In this document: positions 13,905 to 24,026 of the stretch, one piece after another | How positions within the stretch are numbered: the stretch's first letter is position 1 | Layout: each line of letters starts with the position of its first letter | Assembly: GCA_001179505.1 (NCBI GenBank) | Contig: CDMY01000338.1 | Location: 1-64,000 of the forward strand | Direction: 5' to 3' | DNA: 64,000 nucleotides | Source of the DNA: Vitrella brassicaformis CCMP3155 | Taxonomy: Eukaryota; Protista; Chromerida | The notes under the pieces: model-generated | What the model saw: the letters and a program-made list of their open reading frames with translations, nothing else | The model's database searches: none | Told to the model about the DNA's origin: nothing | Position numbers and translations under genes: made by a program

Positions 13905-14136
13905 GCTGCGCTGCGCACGGGTGGAAGGCCTTCAGCGCATCTCTCTCGGTAGCTCAATATTCTGCGGGTAAATCTCTTGAGGCGCGGTCACAAAGCCGAG
14001 TCGCCACGCCCCAATGCATGCTGCAGACCTCAGGAGGGCGTGAGGCCGATGAGAGGGGGATCGCAACAGCCTCAAGCTCGCACGCCGAGGGGAAAAGAAA
14101 AGAGGAGGGGGAACGGTTAGCGTCGGTGTTTCGCCG

Positions 14137-15159
14137 ATGGAAGGCTTAGCGTCGGGAACCTGTGAGGTTTGCGGCACGGTGACTGAGCAGCGGTGCGCGG
14201 CGTGCATGGCTAGGTTCTACTGTAGCAAAGGTTGCCAGAAGCGGGACTGGAGAAACGCCCATCGGGACAACTGCCGCCGCCACGTTAACACGGCGCTCAC
14301 CGCCTCCCACGATGTCCGACATCAGCTCCAGCTGGACGACCTGTGTCGGGCCATCAGGGGGCCCTTCATGGTCTTCCATGGGAGGGACGCCGAAACCTCA
14401 GCCCCTGTGGCGCAGGTATGCAACACTCACTCATCGTCCATCGTCCGTGTGGTTTGCAATGTGCACCTTTCTCTCCAGGTGTGCCACAAGGGGCAGGTCG
14501 TATCGCTCATTCGCTTTGTTGAGTCCGCCCGCTACATCACGCCGGAGGACCGCCGGATGTTCCACGTGCCGCTGTCGAGTGAGCATGGGCTGGTGACGAG
14601 CATCTCGGTGGCCGGCACAGGGGACGAGTACGCCCTCGTCAAGGCCCTGGCGCCCCTCCACATCTGCCGATTCGCCGCACCCGATGTGCTGCCGACCCTC
14701 CAGCGGTCGGACGACATCGAGCCAGACGCCAAGCACGCGCTGCCGGGCCCACACATGTGCTTTGTGCCGGTGGAGGGGCTGGCGCAGAGGCAGCTCTCGT
14801 GCACCTTCGGGCTGGCACTGAGGGTGGGGGTGCAGTTCGCCCTGATGTCGGCGACCTCCTTTCACGTCGTCCTGTGCACCGAGCCGGCCGATGCGGTGGC
14901 GTCCAGGGCCGTGATCGCCATGCCTTACATGCAGCAGAGGGAGCAGAGGGAGCTCCTGGCGGCGGGGGCGGAGGTGGTGTGGCTGCCGGTGCACCTGCCT
15001 ACGGTGGTGCAGTACCCCAACATCCTGCCCTCCCAGCGGCCAGGGGAGGTGCCGGTGATCAAGACGCACCAGGAGAGGGTGGCGGGGGTCGCGGATCGGG
15101 CATTGGCCCTCGGCATCTCCCAGACGGGGCGTCGCGGGGCCCCCCGCCGCCGCCCGTAG
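14137..15159 (+). CDS. MYND-type zinc finger protein with an unassigned C-terminal domain; probable in-frame 63-nt intron 14416-14478
   Basis: CEVCGTVTEQRCAACMARFYCSKGCQKRDWRNAHRDNC is a canonical MYND (CxxC..CxxC..YCS..CQ..DW..H...C). The gtatgc...ctccag segment reads as an intron. Confidence 0.8.
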   Translation: MEGLASGTCEVCGTVTEQRCAACMARFYCSKGCQKRDWRNAHRDNCRRHVNTALTASHDVRHQLQLDDLCRAIRGPFMVFHGRDAETSAPVAQVCNTHSSSIVRVVCNVHLSLQVCHKGQVVSLIRFVESARYITPEDRRMFHVPLSSEHGLVTSISVAGTGDEYALVKALAPLHICRFAAPDVLPTLQRSDDIEPDAKHALPGPHMCFVPVEGLAQRQLSCTFGLALRVGVQFALMSATSFHVVLCTEPADAVASRAVIAMPYMQQREQRELLAAGAEVVWLPVHLPTVVQYPNILPSQRPGEVPVIKTHQERVAGVADRALALGISQTGRRGAPRRRP

Positions 15160-15794
15160 TAAGTGTGCACATAGTAAGGGGAAGGGCGGGGCGAGAAAGG
15201 TAACTGGGGGGATGGCTGTAGGTGTGTCTGTTGGTTGGTCGGAGGGTTGGAGGGTTGGATGTCGCGTCGCAGTATGTGTGCTGGGGTCACGAATGGGGCA
15301 GGCAGGAGATGTTCATCGCTAAGTGGCTCGTCCGATCGACGATTGCTTTTGCTTTGCCTGTTGATAGTGTGAACCGATCGGGCATTCACTGGAATGGCAG
15401 ACGAACAAAGTTGTCTGTCTGCCACTGCGCGTTGATGTTGCGTGAAGGTTGGTCGGATGACGTCTGTCTGTCTGTCTGTCTGTGTTCCCTTGGTGCGTGA
15501 AGTTGGGTCGCGTGATGTACATAGTGGGGGGAGGGGTGCGTAGAGGTGGGCTCTCGTGCACGTTCTGGACACACAAGACTTCGCGCAATCAAGGAAGTGC
15601 ATGGTTCACCGATAAATGAGGCTCTTGAGACTCTGGCACGCCCTTTCACTCAACGAAGGCACACTGAGCCGTTCGTTCATCAACCACACACACTGCTGGC
15701 TAATCCATCATCTGTTCCACCACACCAGTACTTCACGCTCACACTTCTGCTCAATACGCAAAAGGCGTATGCAGATGAGATAAAAGCACTGCGT

Positions 15795-17252
15795 TCACCA
15801 ACCCGCCACATCACGTCTACCCTCGCCGGTATGTGAGAAGTCCAGCCGTCGCCACAAGACGATGTTGCCGATCGAGTCGGCCGACGCGATCAGGGTGTCG
15901 AGCGCGTTCACCGCCACTGCCAACACGGGCGCCTGGATGGACCGACCGGCAGACAGAGAGCACTAGACACATGGCGTTGATTGCGTGTACTGTACGTTGT
16001 GGTGCTTGAGGTAGTGCATCTTGTAGTTGGCGCTCTTTGCCAGCGAACAGATGTATATCTGCACCACAAACAAACCAAGCCAAACACACACCGAGGTCCC
16101 AGAGGTCTTGACGGACGGACAGATGCCGTCTACGTGATGTGCCTGACTGACGTCTCTGTCTTCCGACGCCGAAATGAGGAAGCCCCCTCCGTACACAGAG
16201 AAGCAGTTGCGCAGCGGCAACAACGAATGCGCCACCTGCACACAGATGTGCCAGTGACAAACACACACCCATACACCCACACACACACATCCACGTCTGT
16301 GTCTTCGGGGGAGAGGGAGCGGGGGCACCCCAAAACGCACCTTGACCCGTTGCCTGACGAACAGGTTAGTGAGGACGCCCTGCGGCGGTCCGTATATGCA
16401 GTCGATGATAGTAATGTGGGAATCGCAGCTGTTGACCAGCAGACAGGGGTTGCTGTCGGGGCTGTTCGAGCCCACAAAGGTAATCCAAGTCACCGCACCC
16501 TAGGATAAGGATGCACCCACCGTCCATCCACACACACATCCATGGGGAATGGCTGGCCTGCCTACGCGCGAGAGGTGGTACTTGAATTTGAACTTGAGCG
16601 TGTTGGAGTCGGAGGTCTCCAGCACGTGGATGGCGCCGTTCTTGGTGCCCGCCAGGCAGAACAGCCCGGTGTCGTCAAACTTCAACGCACGCACCTCCGA
16701 CTCAACCTGACAGCTCCCACACAACCACAATGAACCCCATGTGTGTGCGGATATCTGTATGTGTTTGTGAGGGAGGGAGGGAGGGAGGGAGGGGGGGAGT
16801 CATGTTGCCTGCCTGCCTGCCTGCTCGAGTTGCTAGCTTACTTTGAGCTTTTGCACGACGAGCCCATTCTGCACGTTGACGAGCCGCAGGACGGCGTTGG
16901 CGTTGGCGGCGACGAACACCGACGGGTTGAAGGGCAGAAAGGCCGCCACGAGGGCCGGGCTGCTGTCGGGGAACACCTTCAACATCTCACCTGCACACAC
17001 ACCGCACCATTGGCAGTGTGTCGGGGAGAGGGGAGAGAGGGGGGGAGAGTTCAGGGGGTGGTGCCGTGCCACCGACCTGTGTCGACGTTCCAGAATCTGA
17101 CTGATTTGTCGATGGAGGTGGTGACGACCTGGTCCTCCAGAAGGTTGAAAAACAAAGACGTCACCGCCCGCTGATGGCCAGTCTGTCCATTCAACACACA
17201 CACACACACAGAGAGAGAGAAAGAGAGAAAGAGACACATTCCCGAGATGGAT

Positions 17253-17283
<31 letters not shown>

Positions 17284-18015
17284 GAGGGTCCTGGTGAAAG
17301 ATGTGCACGGCGACCGACGGACCATCCTGGAGTGTATGGCGATGTTGGAGTGTTCCTGGGGCACCGGCTGGGCCTCGTTGGTGCGGAACGGGACGTCCTT
17401 CAAGATGGACAGCTCCATCTCAGTCCGATAACACCTGCACACACCCCACACACATGCACCCCTCCCCCCACACCCACACCCTCCCGCCTCCCGGCATGCA
17501 TACCTATACACGGTGACGGATCCGTCCTTTGCACCCGTGGCGAGCAGCACATATCCCCTGTGGTGCCTTTCCTGTCCGAACGACAGGCATGTGACTGCGC
17601 TCTCGGTCTCCTGCAGTTCCTGCACCGGACGAATGTCAGCCCATGCAGTGTCGGTGCGCCGGTCGGCCGCTCGCATGCCCTCGGTGCCCTTGAGCGAGGC
17701 CTGCAATGGCCCATCAGTGGGTGCGTTGAGCGCCCCTTCCCTGCGAGTGTCGATGTTGCTGTCGGCCTCGGTCGGCAGCTCGTGTTGCTCTTGTTTCACC
17801 GAGATCCTGGCTTGCAAGGCCTCGATGACCGCCTGAGCATCATTGAGCTGTCTGTTCCTCTCGCCCAGCTGGGCCTCGAGGGTCATGATGCTGTCCTGCT
17901 GCTGCATGAGCTGCCGCTCCGCCTCGATGAGCCGATCAGCCGTTTCCTCAAGAGTAAGCACACGGGGCGATAATGGCTCTGGTGATGGCTCACACATCGC
18001 TGCAATTGCAAGCAC
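15795..18015 (-). CDS. Coiled-coil plus WD40-repeat protein (WDR13-like)
   Basis: N-terminal coiled coil (LIEAERQLMQQQDSIMTLEAQL), then WD repeats: AVTCLSFG..LLATGAKDG, GHQRAVTSLFF..TTSIDKSVRFWN, VRALKFDDTG, FLISASEDRDVYI, VLAVAVNALDTLIASADSIGNIVLWRR. Stop TGA at 15797-15795. Confidence 0.85.
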
Positions 18016-18750
18016 ACAAGTGTGGGAGGATGAATGCCATGCTCGGTGAGTGAAGCGTAGCCGTGTGTACCTCTTCGTGTGTTGACGGGGCAGGGAGGCG
18101 GTGGCAGACGCTAGATCTGACTCATCTCAGAGGGCAAGAGGACCGACGCGGATGGGTCAGATCTAGCGGACACCGCACAGGCTGAAAGATGGGATCTGCC
18201 GAGCAATCCGGTGTGGTGTGAGGAATCTGACACACCACGCTCAAACACATGCAGATCAATGCTCTGACGCGTTAAAAGTGCATCTGCCGTGAATCGAACA
18301 CGGGTCACGCCGATGGCAACGGCGTATTCTACCACTAGACCACAGATGCTTATGGAAAAGGGCAGCGAGCTCACTCCAGAGTTCCCCTTTTCTCGTTGTT
18401 TTTCCTCAGGTTTCTTTCAGCGGGTGTGTGTGTGGTGGCATGCTAGGCGGAGTCACCCCACCGAACCGGATGGCTCAGCGTGAATAGGGAGTGGATCGAG
18501 TGAGGATCGAATCGCCGGTTTTCTCGAAACCGGCAAATTCGTTTTGCGAGTTTATGGAGTCAGTCTGTTCCCTGTGACCACAGACGTGTTCCCTGAGCAG
18601 CAAATGCCAAAAGAAGTCCCTGGGAAGCTCAAACGTGTCGCAGTCTTTAGCTCGCACCCAGTCTTCACGTCAGTCACCCTTTGAAGGCTGACGGCGCTTT
18701 CACAGAGCGAGCCTATCGCAGTGTCATCAGATCTGAGGTCACTGGGTGCA

Positions 18751-21190
18751 ATGGAGAAGGGCAAGAAGATCTGGCAGTCGTCATCAGGCGGGCTGCATCC
18801 GCTCGTCGAGGCCTTCACTGTGGGCGACGACTACCGGCTGGATGGGGAGGTGCTGCTGCCATATGACGTCAAGGCCAGCAAGGCGCACGCACAGATGCTC
18901 CACAGCATCGGGGTCCTCACCCAGGAAGGTACGCACACGTCAGATGACGAACACATTTGTGCCTCTCGAGAGCGTGTGTGTGTGCGATCTCAGAGCTGGA
19001 CGTGCTCCTGGGGGCCTTGGGTGAGATCCTGACTAAGTGGCAGGAAGGCGAGTTCAAGGTGAGTGCGGCAGCACGACCCATCAAGCCGCAGTCATACCGC
19101 CACACACACCCACACACAACCACGCCTGTTTGTTTGTGTTGGCTGCAGGTGCTGCCTGAGCATGAGGACGGCCACACGGCCATCGAGGAGTACATCACTC
19201 TCAAGTATGGCGACGTCGGCAAGAAGATTCACACCGGCAGGAGCCGAAAGTGAGTGGTGTGTGGGCGGCCTGGAGGATGACGGATTGGATGCGTCTGTGT
19301 GTGTGTTGGTTTGTGTATGTTGGTTTGCGGTGCAGTGACCAGTCGCTTGTGATGCTTCGGCTTTACATGAAGGGTGAGCACCATTGTTGGTGTGTTTATG
19401 TATGGTTGTTGCTCGTGAGCACATCTCCTGCTCTCCTTCCCTCCCTCCCTGTCTGGCAGACAAGCTGTCTGAGTTGACGAGTGGCGTGCAGCAGCTGGCC
19501 TCGCTCTTCGAGAATAAGGGAACCGAGGCCTCAGATGTGCTCATGCCCGGATATACACACATGCAAAAGGTGCGCGTCGGCGCGCACACAGGCGGGCAGA
19601 CAAGCAGACAGACAGACAGGCAGACACACAAATGCATCCCATCCATCCATGACTGTACTGTACTGCCTCCTTCTGTGAGTCTATGTTTTCCTTTCCGCCT
19701 TCAGGCGATGCCCACGACGGTCGGCCTGTGGCTCGGGTCTTTCGCGTGTGCTCTGCGTGACGCCACCATAGCCATGGAGGCCGCCACCAGGCAGATCGAC
19801 CAAAACCCTCTCGGATCGGCTGCTGGTGGGGTGGGCGGCCTGGCGGGGCGGGGAGAAAAGAAAAGAAAAGAAAAGAATAGAGAGGAAACGAACGCCAGTC
19901 GCTCTGCATTCACTCACACCTCTGTGTGTGTGTGTGTCCGCGAGTGTCTTTATTGTGTAGGTTTCGGCATCTCCCACCTGCAGCTGAACCGGCAGATGAC
20001 GACCGAGGCCTTGGGGTTTGAGCGGCTGCAGGCGAACTCGTTGTATTGTGGCTTCAGCCGCGGCTACTTTGAGAATATCGTTTTGCAGGTAGGCGGCTTT
20101 GTTGAGGCGGCCCCATTGCTGGAGCGTGTGTGTGTGTGTGTGTGTGTGTGTGCAGGCGCTGTCTCAGTGCATGATAGTGATGTCCCGCTTTGCCGTCGAC
20201 ATGATGATGTTCACACAACAGGTGAGTGAATAAGCTCGGCTTGCGCACCGCACACACGAGTAAAGCCGCTCTCTTGGCATTTAATGTCTGTCAGGAGACG
20301 GCATTTTTCTCTCTGCCTGACGAGTTTGTGACGGGTTCGTCTATCATGCCGCAGAAGAAAAACTATGACCTCTTCGAGATCATGCGGGCCAACGGAAGAG
20401 GTGCATGCCACGCCCGACCATCCCATGACTGAATGGGGATGGCCTGATAATCTGTTTGTGCTTCTGTGTGCTGCGTCGATATCTGCAGTGTATGGGAGTC
20501 TGCAGCAGCAGGTGCAGCAGATCGTCACGGGGCTGGGCAGCGGATATCACCGGTAGGCAGACGCCACGCCCATCGATGCTGACGGACGGACGGAAACATC
20601 GTCCGTCCGTCCGTCCATCCATCCATCCGTGTGTATTTTCTCAGTGATCTGCAAGTGACCAAGAAGGCATTCATAGAGGTAGGTGGGCGGGGGCGGCCAA
20701 CTGGCTGGCCTTCACTCATGCCTGTCTTGTGTGTGAATGGAATTCACTGACTGCACTGCAGGGTGTGAGTCTGTGCAGCCAGAGCATCGAGCTGATGCAC
20801 CAGATCGTCCCTGCCCTCAGGATACACCAAGAACGACTCAGGTCAGTCACAGTCAGTACTGCCGCATTTGACGTCTCGCGTCCTCTGCAATGGCTGTGCA
20901 TATATGTGTGTGTGTGTGTGCGCGTGTGCAGGTCCGCAATGACGCGAGAGCTGTATGTCACAGGTGCGCTGGACGGGGCGGGTGTGGTGATGTCGACCAC
21001 TGCGTGTCTGGACGTCTGGATGTGTGGACGTGTGTGCATACAATACGTGTCAGATGAGGTGTACAAGCATGTGGCGAATGGTATGGCCTTCCGCGAGGCC
21101 TACCAGAAGGTCAAGGCCGAGTTCTTCGCTCACACCACAGCCAATGCCAAAGCAAGTGCATCAGACAATGGGGCAGCGGCGACCCATTGA
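18751..21190 (+). CDS. argH: Argininosuccinate lyase, short bacterial-like type, about 14 exons
   Basis: [40 protein letters not shown] (spliced), [22 protein letters not shown], and the fumarase/ASL signature [18 protein letters not shown]. Ends [12 protein letters not shown] shortly afterwards. Confidence 0.93.
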
Positions 21191-21527
21191 CAATTCTGCC
21201 TTAAGCCTGCCTGCCTGCCTGCCCGCGTGTGAGTGTGTGAGTGTGTGTCATTTTGCTGCATCCCCTACCTATGGCGGGGCGGATGGATGGTGGACATAAT
21301 ACTCCCAAAGCTAGCTTTGAATGGATTCAGTCACTCACGGCCTGCACGGAAGTTCTCTTTCTGTCTATCCACATAACATAACACACGTGTGTGGCACACA
21401 CACAACAGTCAGTCAGTCCATTTGCTACTATAGGCAATCCAATCAATACAATCCACACACACGTGGCGCCACGTGGCTGCTGTGCTGTGCTGGGCTGGGC
21501 GGCCGGTTCCTTCGTTCGTTGAGTCAG

Positions 21528-22009
21528 TCAGTAGACGTAGATGCCGTAAGCCGTAGCGACACAGAAGAGGGTCTCATTGCGGTAGACCTCCGACACGCAC
21601 GTGTCGGTATCGCCGTCCCAGAAGCAGCGGCTGCCCACCCTCACGCCCTGCCCCCGCTGCTCGCCTATCACCACCTGCACTATCAGCTTGTACCGCGGCA
21701 AATGCAGCTCCTTCAGACGGTCCTTGACCTCGTCAGCCACGGCCTTGGTTAGCACGGGAGTCTGGTCGGCGTGATACTGCGCCTGGTCTGCCAAATAAAT
21801 TGAACCAAAATGATGCAGGGCGGACTCCACAGGGAGGAATGCATGCATTCACACGGTGCGTCTGTGGCTCTCCGTGGTGACCGCTCTGCGTACCTACCGA
21901 GTTTGGCTGTGAGTACTTCTCTGAGTATTTCCTTGACGGGCTGCGGGCGGAACTTGTCTTTGTATGACGGGTGGGTGATGTAGGTGTTCTCCACCTTCTT
22001 GCGCTCCAT
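21528..22009 (-). CDS. TCTEX1D2: Tctex-1 family dynein light chain (TCTEX1D2-like); exons 22009-21898 and 21787-21528
   Basis: ENTY..KFRPQPVKEILREVL, PRYKLIVQVVIGEQRGQGVRVGSRCFWDGDTD, YRNETLFCVATAYGIY. The phase-1 intron is consistent. Confidence 0.92.
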
Positions 22010-22050
22010 TTTGGCGTTGGGGATATACACAAGACGCCCACAACACAGAA

Positions 22051-22111
22051 GGCTCAGGGTTTGGAAGGAAGGGGCTTAAGGGTTTCAAAAGTCTCAAAGT
22101 CTCGAAACCCT
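22051..22111. promoter_or_regulatory. Telo-box-like motifs in the Tctex1/hypothetical divergent promoter
   Basis: AGGGTTT at 22056-22062 and 22079-22085, AAACCCT at 22105-22111, plus a duplicated AAAGTCTC. Confidence 0.4.
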
Positions 22112-22140
22112 TGAAGTCGTCAACTGTACTGGACTGAAAG

Positions 22141-23325
22141 ATGGAAACGACTTCCGCTTCTCAAGGCTTCCAAAGCATCCTTTCGCACAAGATCACCTGC
22201 AACTTCTCATTCATCAGGTGTGCATCCCTTCTGGCGTCGACTGCAGCAGCTGAAGCATGGTGGCGCCTCCACAGTCCCCGTCAGCCGCATCCACTGTACG
22301 CCACACACACACGCACAAACAGCTGGCATGACATCGGTCATTGACTCTTGTGCTTCGCTTGGCTGCTGCGTGTTTGTTTGTCAGGTGTGCTCTGTCAATG
22401 AAACCCCGTCGAAGGCATTGTCATCGTCTGAGAGGGCGCGTGAGCTGCGCCGCGTGGCGATGCAGCAGTGCCTCTCCCTCTCTCTGCTGATGCTCTTCAC
22501 CGTCTTCTTGTTAATCGCGCTCGTTGGTGTCATCTTCTATGTCTTCGGACTGGGTGAGTGGGTGTGAACAGCCAGCCAGCAAAAGATGGAGGGCGGCAGG
22601 GATGCCCACCCAGTGCACTGCATTCATGTGTTTGTGGTTGATGCGGTCGGTGTCTGTTGTATGCAGTGCCGTCTTCGTATGGTGGTACTGTCGAGTACCG
22701 ATATGATGTCGAGCCCGTTACCACCAACACATGTACGCTCGCACACCACAGAGAGGAACACCAGGGTGCTTCAATCATGCCCTGTCTGATGTCTGTCTGT
22801 GTGTCTGCAGATGCCCCCCCTCCCACCAGCAGCAGCACCAAGAGTAGCAGCAACCCCACTTCTCTCAGCACCGATGACGGATCCGCACACACCACTCCAT
22901 CAGAGGACCCTTCAGCGTCACCATCAGCATCGGCTGCAGAGCTCGAGCCCCTCGCAGCATCGCCGCCGTTCGAGCCGGGGCCCGTCCTCATCGACCAGAC
23001 GAACACTGACGCCACCGCAGACAGCAAGGGCTCGGACGAAAAGACACCTTCACCAGCACCAGCTGCTGCAGCTGCTGCGTCAGGGAATGTCCGTCGCCTC
23101 CTACGCGGCGGCAGTGGTCGGTCACTGATAGACGTGAATGTGCTCCCCGGTGGCTCCCCAGCAGTGCCAGGGTATCCACGTGGCGCGCAGTTCCCCTACG
23201 ACTACCCGAGTGGCCTGGGGATTGACGCGAGTGAGGGCACCTTCTACCACTGCGGGAGCGGAGAGGCGATGGCCCGCAACTGTGAGCACATAGCGGGGGA
23301 GTATAATATCTGCAGATGCTGGTAG
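22141..23325 (+). CDS. Hypothetical single-pass membrane or secreted protein with a Ser/Pro linker and a Cys-containing C-terminus; start uncertain
   Basis: Hydrophobic segment LSLLMLFTVFLLIALVGVIFYVFGL spliced (gtgagt at 22554) to VPSSYGG; the last exon ends YHCGSGEAMARNCEHIAGEYNICRCW*. Confidence 0.5.
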
Positions 23326-24026
23326 ACATCCGTTCGTGTGGCCGGCGGGCGGGGGAGGGAGGGAGGGAGGGAGGGAGGTGGTCTCGGTTGTGTTTTGTAT
23401 GTGTCTATAGATGGATGGGGTGGGCGAATGAGTGGGGTGGGTCGATGTGGATATGTTCTTTGAAGCGTTTCATGTGTGTGTGGTGTGTGAGTTGGTTATT
23501 TGTGGCATGGCATGCATGTGTTGTTTCATCCGTGGGGGCATCGCATCCCAGGGGTCGGCTCCTCCTTGCATCTTTTGTTTGTCAAGTACGTTCGTGTGAG
23601 AGAGTGCGAGAAGGAGCTGTGCTCCGTTGGTGTGGTTTCTGTGAATGTATAATATGGATAGCAACTAGCGATGACTGTTGTGTATGTATGTATGTGTCAA
23701 GGAGACGCACGCACTCTGCTGTGGCTGTCTCTCTGTGTGTGTCAAACTGTGTGTGGACGTCCGTCTGTGCCAGCTTGAACGGACTGGTCGGTAGATAGAT
23801 GTGCTCTTAACCAACCCATCTGTCAGGAGTCACTGGATGGCTACATATCTACACGCACTGCACACCACACCCCTACACACCCACCCACCCACGCACACAC
23901 CACTCTACACAAAGTGCTTTTTCATGGCTGTTTTCTGTTTGTGATCGGCCCAAGGCAAAGAAGCTGTCATCGTAGGCAGTTCAGCCATGAGAGAGCAGCA
24001 CACACAGAGGCACCCTCCACGGTCGC

